Assembly (NCBI GenBank): GCA_938091905.1
Contig: CALKOM010000022.1
Span: forward strand, 32,512 to 96,511
DNA: 64,000 nt
Reading direction: 5' to 3'
Source of the DNA: an uncultured Verrucomicrobiales bacterium
GTDB taxonomy: Bacteria > Verrucomicrobiota > Verrucomicrobiia > Verrucomicrobiales > DEV007
In this document: in pieces, positions 47,312 through 57,560 of the stretch
Numbering within the stretch: position 1 is the stretch's first letter
Layout: each line of letters opens with the position of its first letter
Made by a program: the position numbers and the translations under genes
Notes under the pieces: model-generated
The model's input: the letters and a program-made list of their open reading frames with translations, nothing else
What the model was told of the DNA's origin: nothing
Database searches by the model: none

Positions 47312-48814
47312 CTATTCGGTAGCCGGCAGGTATCGATAGTACACTTCTAGCATAAGGATAAAGAGTGACGTGCGATAGACTGGCGCATCGCCAGCACCGG
47401 CAGCCATGCTGCTAGCAGCTCCCTCACCGCCTTCAAACGGCCACGACCCGTCTGGAGACTGGTGGGCAACGGCTTGATCTCGGAACATGGTATTCCACTT
47501 TTCCCAATCGCGCCCACCTCTTTGAAAGCAGGCCTGAGCGCCATAGTACCACCCGTAAATGCAAGCATCAGGTGCACCTATCTGCACCTCGTGGTCAAGG
47601 ATGAACTTAACCGCCCGTCGGATCGAGCTAGATGAGCCGGACAGCATCTGTTGAGCCAACGCGCCTATTCCGGCCAAGCTGTAACGATCGCCGCGATTGC
47701 GGTATCCGAAGCCGCCTTGAGGTCCTTGCACGCCCTGTAGGAATTTGATTCCCGAGCGAATGGTGCGCTTGAGGTCCTTGAACTCTAAGCCTGTTAGGGT
47801 AGCGGCCTTGAGCGCCTGCATATGCCAGCCAGCGACGGAAGTGTCTCCATTTCCTGTCGCTCCTTGTTTGCCCGTGGTTTCTTTATACCATTCGGAGCCC
47901 TCGTACTCGTAGACCCACCCGCCGTCGTGGTTCTGGCCCTTGATGATGATGGGCACGGCCATGTTGATGGCTTCCTTCAATTGCTCAATGTGAGGAAATC
48001 TCCTTTTTCCATAGCGGAGTAGGCTGTAGGCCTCACAGATGGCATAAGTTCCGATGCCGTGTTCGTAAACCCAGGCATGTCCTTCGCGCGTCGTGATCTT
48101 TCCGTCGTTGTTTAATGCGAGTTCTGCTAGAAAGAAGATCGCTTTCCTGACGGTCTCTGCATATTGAGGCGAATCATAGGTTTCGCAATGTCCTAAATAG
48201 GCCAGCAGGGCGAGACCAGTCATGGCAGACTTGCTACTGCCTCCCCAAGAGCCATCAGATGCTTGCTGGGTCTTGAGCCATTCTAAGCCTTTTACCACGG
48301 CAGCTTCCGTTTCAGGTGAGCCTCCACCCTCAGCTAGGCGTCGGGCGCGATCTTTCGGTGAGCAGCGGTCTGCTAGTGGAGACCCTTTTGGAGGACCACC
48401 GCCACTACCAAAGCCATCACCGCCCAGCCCCATGCCAGCGCCAAATCCATCGCCAAAGCCCACACCGAGATCCACAGTGTCCAAGGTCATGTCTGGTGCA
48501 TCAGGCACAGCGATCGCACTCACCGCTGCACGTGAAGTGATTACTTTTGTCATCTGGGAGGAAGGGGCCGCAGGTGCTTGCTTGACGACGTTGGAAAGTT
48601 CTTTCTTTGGTTTCACCTGCTGCATGAGATCGCCAACCGGGGACGATACAATGAGTTCAGGCTCCTTTGGCTCGGGACCTGCGAGGTACCATATGGCGAG
48701 TCCTCCGATAACAAGCGCATGGAGAACGCCGGCAATGATGAGCGCCGAGAAAGAGGACGTAGTGGTCTGCGATTTCCGGGCGGAGAATGCTTCTTCAGTG
48801 GTAAAGGTCTGCAT
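47312..48814 (-). CDS. Membrane-anchored prenyltransferase/squalene oxidase (QW) repeat protein
   Basis: N-terminal TM, Gly-rich linker, GLEWLKTQQASDGSW, TGLALLAYLG, QNHDGGWVY, DTSVAGW, Q.PDGSW, LEVYYRYLP. Confidence 0.88.
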   Translation of the reverse strand: MQTFTTEEAFSARKSQTTTSSFSALIIAGVLHALVIGGLAIWYLAGPEPKEPELIVSSPVGDLMQQVKPKKELSNVVKQAPAAPSSQMTKVITSRAAVSAIAVPDAPDMTLDTVDLGVGFGDGFGAGMGLGGDGFGSGGGPPKGSPLADRCSPKDRARRLAEGGGSPETEAAVVKGLEWLKTQQASDGSWGGSSKSAMTGLALLAYLGHCETYDSPQYAETVRKAIFFLAELALNNDGKITTREGHAWVYEHGIGTYAICEAYSLLRYGKRRFPHIEQLKEAINMAVPIIIKGQNHDGGWVYEYEGSEWYKETTGKQGATGNGDTSVAGWHMQALKAATLTGLEFKDLKRTIRSGIKFLQGVQGPQGGFGYRNRGDRYSLAGIGALAQQMLSGSSSSIRRAVKFILDHEVQIGAPDACIYGWYYGAQACFQRGGRDWEKWNTMFRDQAVAHQSPDGSWPFEGGEGAASSMAAGAGDAPVYRTSLFILMLEVYYRYLPATE

Positions 48815-48868
48815 GGGTGCAAGGGGGAAGGGAAAATCGCGCTGGTGAGGGATCGCAATTGGGAGACT

Positions 48869-49726
48869 CTAAATTAGACTGGCGAGCATTCGCCTTGTCA
48901 AGATCCCCACCTTGTGGAGGCGCCCCAAGCGGTATCGTTTCTCAAAGACGCGGAATCTATCCGATTGCATCTTTCGAAGAATCGCTCGGTACGTGTCTCG
49001 CATGGTTTCGGTGGCGACGACTCGCCGCCGCTCTGACCGCGGAATGGCAGCACCTGCTTTCTCGTAGTAGATCTCCGCTCGCTCATACTGGAATTGCATC
49101 ATCTCAACGAATCGGGTGCCTTCAGGACCATTCTGAAAGAGAGAGTCGTCGAGCTCAAACCGGTCCATGTCCTCTTGAGGAATATAGATGCGTTCCTCCT
49201 TCTGCCAGTCATCAACCACGTCTCGAACAATGTTCGTAAGTTGAAGGCAGTATCCCAGGTTCTTTGCGTAGGCTTGAGTAGCGGGAATGTCGCACCCGAA
49301 GATGCGCATACAGACAAACCCGACGGAGCTGGCCACATGGTAGCAGTAGCCCAACAAGTCTTCGAAGGTGTCGTAGCGTACCGTATCGAGATCCTTCTCC
49401 ATGCCATCAATGAGCAGATGCATTTCCGAAGCGGGAACAGCGTAGGTATTCTGCATCTCCACCACATCTTGCTCGAATGAAGTGAGATCGTTCACACTAC
49501 CGTCCACGGTCTGCCGCCATCGTTCTAACAAGCGCAGGCGCTCATCGCGCGTTGGCCCTGGCTCATCGACGATGTCATCGACCACTCTGCAGAACGCATA
49601 GTATGTAACCATGGCTGCGCGTCTTTCTTTTGGAAGAGTGGCGAAGGCGATTGCGAAATTAGAACGGCTCTTCTTCGTAATCTCGGCCGCGTGCAAGCTC
49701 TGGGCGTCAAGGTCCGTAGTGGTCAT
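48869..49726 (-). CDS. hpnD: Squalene/phytoene synthase family, presqualene diphosphate synthase-like
   Basis: KKSRSNF...LPKERRAAM..YAFCRVVDDIVD, YCYHVASSVG, LQLTNIVRDV, RIYIP. Confidence 0.8.
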   Translation of the reverse strand: MTTTDLDAQSLHAAEITKKSRSNFAIAFATLPKERRAAMVTYYAFCRVVDDIVDEPGPTRDERLRLLERWRQTVDGSVNDLTSFEQDVVEMQNTYAVPASEMHLLIDGMEKDLDTVRYDTFEDLLGYCYHVASSVGFVCMRIFGCDIPATQAYAKNLGYCLQLTNIVRDVVDDWQKEERIYIPQEDMDRFELDDSLFQNGPEGTRFVEMMQFQYERAEIYYEKAGAAIPRSERRRVVATETMRDTYRAILRKMQSDRFRVFEKRYRLGRLHKVGILTRRMLASLI

Positions 49727-50922
49727 GACAGAGGTAAGCGGGATAAGAGGTTTTTCCGCTTACGCGTGCGAGCTTGGAGGATGGCGAGTTTCATGGGCTG
49801 GAGAGAAGAAGTCTTCTTACCTTTCTGTCTCTGTATCACGTCAATGCAGAAGTAAAGGCACCATGCATTGATAAACCAGATGACTAGGGCTGCACGAAGA
49901 ATAGCGGCGACTACATGCCAGACTTGTGCGGCGATTTGATGGGTGAGCACTGTTGTGAGCAAATAAGACTCTATCAAACGAAGAAGGAAGAAGTGCGTCA
50001 GGCAGAGAAAGAGAAACCAAGCATAACGCCAGCTGGATCGACCGAGAAAGCGAAGCGATGCGAGGAAGGATTCCCACGGATTGAGATCTTGCAGGAGCAG
50101 GGCACAGATCGGCAAGGCGCCTGTCAACAGGAGAGCGACGAGCTTGATAGCTTCCCACACGGAGGCGGACTCAAGATCAAGGCGATCTTCGACCAGCCAA
50201 TTGAGAGCGGCTGCCGAGAGGACGATCAGTGGCACGATGAGCACGCGGGGATAACATTTGAGCCCCCAATCGAGGGCTTCTTTTAGATTACAGCGTGCGT
50301 TGCCCGAACCATGGCTGCGATAGGCTCCCAGCAAGATAACTAGCTGGATGAAGCAGGCTAAGATGACAGCGAAGACGAGTTCTCCGATCCCACTCAGGAG
50401 AGTGCGTAGTCCTGGCATCTCTGGGACCGTCTGAATATCTAGTTGTAGGAGGGCACATAAGCGGCCACTCCACCACCAGACTGTTAGGGCATAAATGCCG
50501 ACGAGCATCGCTGCGATCCATTGCCGGCCATTCGTGCAAGCGCGCCAGAGTCTTGGAATCCAATACCAACAAGTAAGAAAGGCCACAGGCGTTCCGATGA
50601 CAAAGGCCATGTCCAATGGGACACAGTGCCAGAAGAGAGAACCAAGGTCCTCATTGGCAAGCGGCAACCATCCTAACAAATCGCTTTTGTTGGTGAGTGA
50701 TAGTCCAGACTCGTTGTCGTTACCGAGCCCTTCTGCTTGCCAGAATTGCCAGGTGACGGCCGCGATGAGGAGCCCGGCAAGCCCTGCAATGATCGAGAAG
50801 TTGTTTCGAGTGAACTGTCGCGCCGTAGCGAACGCTGCACGCAGTGGATGCTGATGCATAAAGAGGGTATAACCCCCGACGGCCCCTAACAGCCAGAGAA
50901 AGGGCCACCAACGCTCATCCAT
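49723..50922 (-). CDS. Polytopic membrane protein, function unknown
   Basis: About 9 hydrophobic segments; stop overlaps the hpnD start; 23 nt downstream of lepB. Confidence 0.75.
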   Translation of the reverse strand: MDERWWPFLWLLGAVGGYTLFMHQHPLRAAFATARQFTRNNFSIIAGLAGLLIAAVTWQFWQAEGLGNDNESGLSLTNKSDLLGWLPLANEDLGSLFWHCVPLDMAFVIGTPVAFLTCWYWIPRLWRACTNGRQWIAAMLVGIYALTVWWWSGRLCALLQLDIQTVPEMPGLRTLLSGIGELVFAVILACFIQLVILLGAYRSHGSGNARCNLKEALDWGLKCYPRVLIVPLIVLSAAALNWLVEDRLDLESASVWEAIKLVALLLTGALPICALLLQDLNPWESFLASLRFLGRSSWRYAWFLFLCLTHFFLLRLIESYLLTTVLTHQIAAQVWHVVAAILRAALVIWFINAWCLYFCIDVIQRQKGKKTSSLQPMKLAILQARTRKRKNLLSRLPLS

Positions 50923-50945
50923 GGTGTCAGAAAAGCGTGTGCCTG

Positions 50946-52157
50946 CTAGTCAATTAAGCCCCAATGCGCGCCGAATGGCCAATAGACGAAGAGGGCTGGC
51001 CCCACGAGGTTCTTTTCCTTCACCGTTCCCCATCCTCGGCTGTCCCAGCTGTTCGGACTGTTGTCACCCATGGCCATGTATTCTCTTGGCGGAAGTTTCC
51101 CCGAATTCATACCGAAGCTTTCTCTTTTCGAGCTCATTTTCCTCGGGCTCAACACGTAGCCGGTGTAGCCGTCCTGCTGCTCCATGACGCGGTTGATTCC
51201 TGATTCAGTAGCCCGAACTCCATTGATGTGAAGCTCAGGCGGTTTGACTTCGAAACGATCACCAGGCACGCCGACTAGGCGCTTGATGTAGTGCTGAGAG
51301 TTTGTGTTGCCATTGCGTTCTTCGATCAGCTCTATACCCTGCGTAGTGAAAACAAAGACTTCGCCCCGGGTTGGCTTGCGGAAATGATAGGAGAACTTGT
51401 TGACCAAGACTTGGTCACCTGTGTCGACATAGCCACGAGCCAAGACCGTGCCCGCTTTGATACCGGCTCCGTTCACCGAAAAGACAGGTGTTCCGTCGGC
51501 TGCTTTGCCTTGCCTTGCTCCGCTTAGGTGATTCCTCAGACCCAAGTCATTGACCGTCTGAAGTATGGGTGACCAAATCCTGATCGGCTTCAGTTTTTCC
51601 CCTCTGATTCCCCGCCGCTCGATATAAGTAAAGGAGAAGAACTTGAGCCAGTTCTTCTGGTAGATCTTAGAAATGGTGAAGTCCTCTTTCGCCGTGACGT
51701 CGACATAATTGCGGCCACGCCACAACAGATCCCAGCCTTTCACCAGGATGTTCGGCTCGACTTCCTTCCACTTGGTTTCTTCCTGTTCGCTGTAGCCTTG
51801 AGCAATGATACCATTCAGTGTCGGCTGCATCGAGCCGGTGGGAATCTTAAACGGCTGGAGGAAATAAGATCTGATACCTAACGCAATCACGATCGCGACA
51901 AAGAAGACCTCAACGTTCTCGCGCACGCCTGGCATGGTGGGCATTGGGAGAGAGCGTTCACACACTTTTTGAAGTTCCTTCGCCTTCTCACGAACTTCTT
52001 CCTTGGTGCCTGTCCTGAGTAGTTCCTTGAAAGCCGTTTGCTTCTTCCGAATCGCATCGAGCTTCTCTTCGCTGAGAATATCCCGCTTGTAATGGATGAA
52101 TTTGGTGACGCCCTTGATTAGCATCTTGCCATCTTTGATGTGCTTGGCCGTAAACAT
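50946..52157 (-). CDS. lepB: Signal peptidase I
   Basis: QPFKIPTGSMQPTL, GDQVLVNK, YIKRLVGVPGD, MGDNSPNSWDSRGWG; follows lepA. Confidence 0.95.
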   Translation of the reverse strand: MFTAKHIKDGKMLIKGVTKFIHYKRDILSEEKLDAIRKKQTAFKELLRTGTKEEVREKAKELQKVCERSLPMPTMPGVRENVEVFFVAIVIALGIRSYFLQPFKIPTGSMQPTLNGIIAQGYSEQEETKWKEVEPNILVKGWDLLWRGRNYVDVTAKEDFTISKIYQKNWLKFFSFTYIERRGIRGEKLKPIRIWSPILQTVNDLGLRNHLSGARQGKAADGTPVFSVNGAGIKAGTVLARGYVDTGDQVLVNKFSYHFRKPTRGEVFVFTTQGIELIEERNGNTNSQHYIKRLVGVPGDRFEVKPPELHINGVRATESGINRVMEQQDGYTGYVLSPRKMSSKRESFGMNSGKLPPREYMAMGDNSPNSWDSRGWGTVKEKNLVGPALFVYWPFGAHWGLID

Positions 52158-52170
52158 GTCGAAATTTCTG

Positions 52171-53970
52171 CTAGTTGGACGTCTTGAGGACTTTGATGAA
52201 GGCTTCCTGGGGAATATTCACTTTGCCGATGCTCTTCATGCGCTTCTTGCCTTCTTTCTGCTTCTCTAGCAGCTTGCGCTTTCGCGAGATGTCGCCGCCA
52301 TAACACTTGGCGGTCACGTCCTTGCGCATGGCGCTGATCGATTCGCGTGCGATGATCTTGCCGCCGATGGCCGCTTGGATGGCTACTTTGAAGAGCTGGC
52401 GTGGGATGACTTCTTTGAGCTTGTTTGCCAGATGACGTCCTCGCGCTTCTGCTTTGTCGCGATGCACGATTGTAGAGAAAGCATCGACAGGCTCGCCATT
52501 GATCATCATGTCCATTCGGATGAGTTTGGCCGCTTGGTAGCCAGAATGCTCGTAGTCCATCGAACCGTAGCCGCGGGTCATGCTCTTCATTCGATCATTA
52601 AAGTCCACCAGAATTTCGTTTAATGGCAGGATTGCGGTGAGAAGAATGCGCCGTTCGTCTAACGTTTCTGTGTTCTCTACTTGGCCACGCTTCTCCATGG
52701 TGAGCTGCATCATGTCACCGATGTATTCATTTGGGGTCATCATGTAGATCTTCACGGTGGGTTCGCGAATTTCTTCGATAGTCGATGCTTCTGGCAAATG
52801 CATCGGATTGTCGACGATCAGTTCTTCACCATTGGTTAGGGTCACTTCATAGACCACACCAGGGTAGGTCGAAATGACGTCCATTTGGAACTCACGGCGC
52901 AGACGCTCTTGGACGATCTCCATGTGGAGCAGGCCGAGAAAGCCGCAGCGGAAACCAAAGCCAAGAGCAACCGAACTTTCAGCTTGGTAGGTGAAGGCTG
53001 CGTCATTGATCTGCAGTTTGCCCATGGCAAGCTTGAGCTGCTCGAAATCCTCGGTGCTTATCGGATAGATTCCGGAGAAGACCATGGGCTGGATCTCCTT
53101 AAAGCCATCCAATGGTTTCGGTGCGGGATTCCGCGACTCGGTTACTGTATCGCCAATCTTCACCTCGGTGGAAGATTTCATGTTGGCGATGAGGTAGCCC
53201 ACATCTCCTGTGTTCAGGGAATCTCTTGGGGAAGGTTTCGGTGTGAAGACGCCGACTTCTTTCACTTCATAGCTTTTCCCCGTGCTCATCATCTTCACGG
53301 GAGACCCCTTCTTTATCTCGCCCGTCATGACTCGGATGTAGGAAACGACGCCTCGGTAGGTATCGTAGACCGAATCAAAGACCGAGCCGCGCACGTAAGG
53401 ATCTTCGGCCTCATCAGGAGGAGGCACCCGCTTTACCACCGCCTCGAGAATGTCTTCGATCCCGATCCCCATCTTGGCACTGGCTTCGACCGCTTCTTCA
53501 GAAGGGATGGCTAAGATATCTTCCAGCTGGCGACGGACCATGGGGAGATCCGCGCTCGGGAGGTCGATCTTATTGATCACGGGAATGACCGTGAGCTGCT
53601 GCTCCATTGCTAGGTGGACATTGGCCACGGTCTGGGCTTCCACCCCTTGTGCGGCATCGACCAGAAGAAGTGCTCCTTCGCAAGCAGCCAGGCTGCGGGA
53701 TACCTCGTAGGAGAAATCCACGTGGCCTGGGGTATCCAAAAGGTTCAATTTGTAAACCTGACCGTCCTTCGCCTTGTAATTCATGGTCACGGGATGCGAT
53801 TTGATCGTAATCCCGCGTTCGCGCTCCAAGTCCATGGAATCCAGCAGTTGATCCTGCTGCTGCCTTTCGCTGATGGTTTGGGTAAACTCCAGCAAGCGAT
53901 CTGAGAGCGTGGTCTTCCCATGATCGATGTGAGCGATGATGGAGAAGTTGCGTGTGTTGGCCGTACCCAT
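52171..53970 (-). CDS. lepA: Translation elongation factor 4
   Basis: RNFSIIAHIDHGKTTLSDR, DTPGHVDF, GFRCGFLGLLH, KCYGGDISRKRKLLEKQKEGKKRMK. Confidence 0.98.
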   Translation of the reverse strand: MGTANTRNFSIIAHIDHGKTTLSDRLLEFTQTISERQQQDQLLDSMDLERERGITIKSHPVTMNYKAKDGQVYKLNLLDTPGHVDFSYEVSRSLAACEGALLLVDAAQGVEAQTVANVHLAMEQQLTVIPVINKIDLPSADLPMVRRQLEDILAIPSEEAVEASAKMGIGIEDILEAVVKRVPPPDEAEDPYVRGSVFDSVYDTYRGVVSYIRVMTGEIKKGSPVKMMSTGKSYEVKEVGVFTPKPSPRDSLNTGDVGYLIANMKSSTEVKIGDTVTESRNPAPKPLDGFKEIQPMVFSGIYPISTEDFEQLKLAMGKLQINDAAFTYQAESSVALGFGFRCGFLGLLHMEIVQERLRREFQMDVISTYPGVVYEVTLTNGEELIVDNPMHLPEASTIEEIREPTVKIYMMTPNEYIGDMMQLTMEKRGQVENTETLDERRILLTAILPLNEILVDFNDRMKSMTRGYGSMDYEHSGYQAAKLIRMDMMINGEPVDAFSTIVHRDKAEARGRHLANKLKEVIPRQLFKVAIQAAIGGKIIARESISAMRKDVTAKCYGGDISRKRKLLEKQKEGKKRMKSIGKVNIPQEAFIKVLKTSN

Positions 53971-54036
53971 AGGTGGAGAGGGGCCGGAAACTAAGAGGGT
54001 TCCCCGACCTTGTAAAGTTGAGAGAGGCAGCTGTTG

Positions 54037-54057
54037 TGGCGGCATTCGAAGCCGCCA
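54037..54057 (-). terminator. Hairpin downstream of leuD, possible terminator
   Basis: tggcggc-attcgaa-gccgcca, a 7-bp perfect stem about 50 nt after the leuD stop; no clear U-tract. Confidence 0.35.
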
Positions 54058-54104
54058 AATCCCGGTGGAATGGCGGATTCAGGTCCTTTCTGAGGGGCCA
54101 AGCG

Positions 54105-54707
54105 CTACTTTGAAGCGAAGCCCATCTTCTCGAGACAGACGTCGACCTTTTCGGCATTCTCTAGCAACTCCGCAATCGGGTCCCAACGACCACTGACGAG
54201 AGCGTCTTGAGCAGTATCGGGGATATGCACGGTGAAGTTTGAGTCGCCAAAGAAGACGCGTGCCTTCTCCACGTCGACCTTCACTTCCAACTGTGGATCG
54301 GCCTCAATGGCAGCGCCAAGCGTCGCGATGTCTTCAGAAGTTGCCGTCACGCAAGGAATTCCAAGCGTGGCGCAGTTTCCAAAGAAGATCTCAGCGAAGC
54401 TCTCTGCGATAACAGCGCGGAAGCCAGCCCGGTAGAGAGCTTGGGGTGCGTGCTCACGCGAACTGCCGCATCCGAAATTCACTCCGGAAACAAAGACGCT
54501 CGCGCCTTGGTAGCGCTCCTCATTGAGAGGGTGGTCTTTGGGCGTGCCGTCTTCTTGATGGCGGGCGTCGTAGAAGAGATAGTCACCGAGACCGTCGAAG
54601 GTTACACACTTCATGAAGCGCGCGGGAATGATACGGTCGGTGTCGATGTCAGAGCCTGGAACGGGAACAGCGCGGCCTTGGACGGATTTGATTGGATCGA
54701 GTGCCAT
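54105..54707 (-). CDS. leuD: 3-isopropylmalate dehydratase small subunit
   Basis: DIDTDRIIPARF, NFGCGSSREHAP, SFAEIFFGN. Confidence 0.97.
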   Translation of the reverse strand: MALDPIKSVQGRAVPVPGSDIDTDRIIPARFMKCVTFDGLGDYLFYDARHQEDGTPKDHPLNEERYQGASVFVSGVNFGCGSSREHAPQALYRAGFRAVIAESFAEIFFGNCATLGIPCVTATSEDIATLGAAIEADPQLEVKVDVEKARVFFGDSNFTVHIPDTAQDALVSGRWDPIAELLENAEKVDVCLEKMGFASK

Positions 54708-54731
54708 GATGGTAAAAAAAATAGACTGAGA

Positions 54732-56159
54732 TTAAACAGCAGCGGCTTCGCCCACTTCGAAGACTTCGCGAGCGTCACTGACACAACCGCGAACAGCGGC
54801 GGCGGCTACCATGAGTGGACTCATGAGAACAGTGCGCCCGACGGGGCTGCCTTGACGTCCCTTGAAGTTGCGATTGCTTGAGCTCGCACAGATCTGATCG
54901 CCGATGAGTTTGTCAGGGTTCATAGCCAAGCACATGGAGCAACCCGCGCCTCGCCATTCGAAACCCGCTTCGGTGAAGATCTCATTGATGCCTTCCTTAC
55001 GGCAAAGCGCATCGACAATCTGAGATCCCGGAACAGCGATGGCCTTGACGCTATCGGCGACTCGATGCCCTTTCAGATACTGTGCCACTTCGCGGAAATC
55101 GGACAAACGCCCATTTGTGCAGGAGCCAACGAAGGCCACATCGATTGAGGTGCCTTTAATAGGCGAGCCGGGCTCCAGCTTCATGTATTCGAGCGCTTCC
55201 GCGATGCTCGCCTTCGCTGCTGGCGTGTCTGCGTCTTCTACGCGCGGCACATTTCCCGTGATGGGGAGGCCTTGGTCAGGGCTGATACCCCAAGTCACGC
55301 TTGGAGCGACGTCTTCAGCGCGGATCTCCACGAGATCGTCAAACGTGCAATCGGCATCCGAAGCTACGGCGCGCCAGCGCTCAACGGCTGCGTCCCATTC
55401 GGCTCCGGTCGGGCTGTAATTGCGACCCTTGAGATATTCAAAGGTGGTTTCGTCAGGATTGACATAGCCACAACGAGCGCCGCCTTCGATCGTCATGTTG
55501 CAAACGGTCATGCGCTCTTCCATCGTGAAGTTGTCAAAGACGCTGCCACCGAATTCATAAGCGTAGCCAATGCCACCTTTCGCGCCGAGTTGCGCGATGA
55601 TGTGGAGGATGACGTCCTTGGCATACACACCGGGGCGAAGCCTGCCATCGACGTTGATGCGTCGAACCTGCAGCTTGCTCATGGCCATGGATTGGGAGGC
55701 CAGGACATCGCGCACCTGTGTGGTGCCGATGCCGAAAGCGATCGCGCCGAATGCGCCGTGCGTTGCCGTGTGAGAATCTCCACAGGCGATGGTCGTGCCC
55801 GGCTGGGTGATCCCTTGTTCAGGGCCCACCACGTGGACGATTCCTTGCTTGCCGCTCTTGAGGTCGAAATAGGTGACGCCAAACTCCTTCGCATTCCGAT
55901 CCAGCTCTTTGATCATGGCGTCGGCCAGAGGATCGGCGAAAGGCTGTTCAAACTGATCGGTGGGCACGATGTGATCCACCGTGGCAAAAGTACGTTTAGG
56001 GTGCCGGACGGGGAGTCCGAGATCTCGGAGCATGCCGAAAGCCTGGGGGCTGGTCACCTCGTGAATGAGGTGGGTGTCGATGAGCAGTTGCGTTTGTCCG
56101 TTAGACAACTCCGCCGCAGCGTGCGACTCCCAGACCTTTTCGTATAGACTTTTACCCAT
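54732..56159 (-). CDS. leuC: 3-isopropylmalate dehydratase large subunit
   Basis: [50 protein letters not shown]. Confidence 0.98.
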   Translation of the reverse strand: MGKSLYEKVWESHAAAELSNGQTQLLIDTHLIHEVTSPQAFGMLRDLGLPVRHPKRTFATVDHIVPTDQFEQPFADPLADAMIKELDRNAKEFGVTYFDLKSGKQGIVHVVGPEQGITQPGTTIACGDSHTATHGAFGAIAFGIGTTQVRDVLASQSMAMSKLQVRRINVDGRLRPGVYAKDVILHIIAQLGAKGGIGYAYEFGGSVFDNFTMEERMTVCNMTIEGGARCGYVNPDETTFEYLKGRNYSPTGAEWDAAVERWRAVASDADCTFDDLVEIRAEDVAPSVTWGISPDQGLPITGNVPRVEDADTPAAKASIAEALEYMKLEPGSPIKGTSIDVAFVGSCTNGRLSDFREVAQYLKGHRVADSVKAIAVPGSQIVDALCRKEGINEIFTEAGFEWRGAGCSMCLAMNPDKLIGDQICASSSNRNFKGRQGSPVGRTVLMSPLMVAAAAVRGCVSDAREVFEVGEAAAV

Positions 56160-56242
56160 GATAGCGTGACTCAGATTGTGATGCGTTTCCGTAGTGGAAA
56201 CGCACCTTCAAGCACGCCGGGGAAATTTCCAACAAATTCGCC

Positions 56243-56680
56243 CTACTTCACCAATCGGAGAGTGAGCGGGTAGCGGTAAAAAATCCCGGCGTTGGCTTTG
56301 ATGGCCGCAATGATGGCGAAGACGAGATGAAAGATTCCCAGGGCGATCAGTCCAGGCACGGCGATGAGAGCACCAATGCCGAAGGTGACGATCATGAGGA
56401 GCACCAGGGCCAATGCGTAAATGGCGACCGAGATGTTGAAGTTCAGCGCCTCCTTGGCATGCGAAGCAATCAGGGGTGAGGTGTCTTTCTTGACTAGGTA
56501 GATGATTAGTGGCGCGATCACGCCACCAATGCCGTTTCCGAGGTAACCGACCAGTCCACTGAGGTGGGAGAGAAGGCACCAAGTATTGTCGCCCATGCCA
56601 CCGCTGGTCGCTGGCTGGGCAGATGAAGTGGCCTGTGGTGGTGCTGGCTCGTCGATTGGGGGAGGAGTGTCGTCGCTCAC
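56243..56680 (-). CDS. DUF4870-like membrane protein
   Basis: W..LSHLS, PLIIYL.KKD.SP....HAKEALNF.IS, AAIKAN.G..YRYPL..R; GTG start inferred. Confidence 0.85.
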   Translation of the reverse strand: MSDDTPPPIDEPAPPQATSSAQPATSGGMGDNTWCLLSHLSGLVGYLGNGIGGVIAPLIIYLVKKDTSPLIASHAKEALNFNISVAIYALALVLLMIVTFGIGALIAVPGLIALGIFHLVFAIIAAIKANAGIFYRYPLTLRLVK

Positions 56681-56770
56681 CACGTCATGATGATCAAGAT
56701 GGGTGGCGGAGTCGATTACAAAGCACTCAGATTCTTGTAACCCGACATCGCTGTGCTTCGTTGCCTCAGC

Positions 56771-57490
56771 ATGAATACACTCATCACGGGGGCTAATGGA
56801 GGTCTCGGCATCGCTCTCGCAGAACGCTTTCTTGAGAATGCTGATCATCACGTCTGGTTGGGGGTGCGCGCGAATCGGGATCGAGCTGAGGCGCTGGCGC
56901 AAATGCATGGGGATCGCGTGCGCTTGGTTGACCTGGATGTGACAAGCGAGGACGACTGGGCGCAGGCCGTGGAGTCGATGGTCCAGGCGGATCAAAGTCC
57001 AGATGTGCTGATCAACAACGCTGGCTTTCACAAAGATGGTCTTCTGGCAATGATGCCGACAGAAGACTGGCACAGTGTCATTCAAGCGAATCTGGATGCT
57101 GTCTACCTGGGCTGCCGCGCCGTGCTCAAGCCCATGATGGGAAATCGCTTTGGACGAATCATCAATATTGCTTCCTTAAGTGCTCTGCTAGCTCCTCGTG
57201 GACAAACAAACTACGCGGCCGCCAAAGCGGGTGTGGTCGCTCTCACACAGAGCTTGTCCAAAGAAATGGCTCGCGCAGGAATCACCGTCAACGCGCTTTG
57301 TCCCGGTTACATTGACACCGAAGCCCTAGTGGACATGCCAGAGGCAGAGCGGAAAAGTATACTTTCGACGATTCCCATGAGGAGGCTGGGCAAGCCTGGG
57401 GAAGTTGCGGCGGCAGCAGCGTTCCTTGCGAGTCAGGAAGCCAGTTACATCACGGGAGCCGCCTTGAAGATCGACGGTGGGATCTTCTAG
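56771..57490 (+). CDS. FabG-like short-chain dehydrogenase/reductase
   Basis: TGANGGLG, NNAG, GRIINIAS, GQTNYAAAKAG, PGYIDT, IPMRRLG, YITG...IDGG. Confidence 0.9.
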   Translation: MNTLITGANGGLGIALAERFLENADHHVWLGVRANRDRAEALAQMHGDRVRLVDLDVTSEDDWAQAVESMVQADQSPDVLINNAGFHKDGLLAMMPTEDWHSVIQANLDAVYLGCRAVLKPMMGNRFGRIINIASLSALLAPRGQTNYAAAKAGVVALTQSLSKEMARAGITVNALCPGYIDTEALVDMPEAERKSILSTIPMRRLGKPGEVAAAAAFLASQEASYITGAALKIDGGIF

Positions 57491-57560
57491 CCGCGCCTTT
57501 CGACGGGCGGTCTCTGCTTTGGGGATGACAGAAGGGTAGTGAACTTCCTAGGCTTAGTTC

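Noticed and set aside
47312..48814. Squalene-hopene cyclase next to hpnD
   Set aside because: It has no DxDD motif and only a single barrel behind a TM anchor and Gly-rich linker, which fits the generic PVC QW-repeat proteins.
55272..56147. Long antisense ORFs (e.g. 291 aa opposite leuC, 220 aa at 22615, 226 aa at 3084)
   Set aside because: They are shadow frames of well-supported genes in GC-rich DNA, with no motifs of their own.
56160..56242. Leucine attenuator peptide before leuC
   Set aside because: There is no short Leu-rich ORF and no terminator U-tract.
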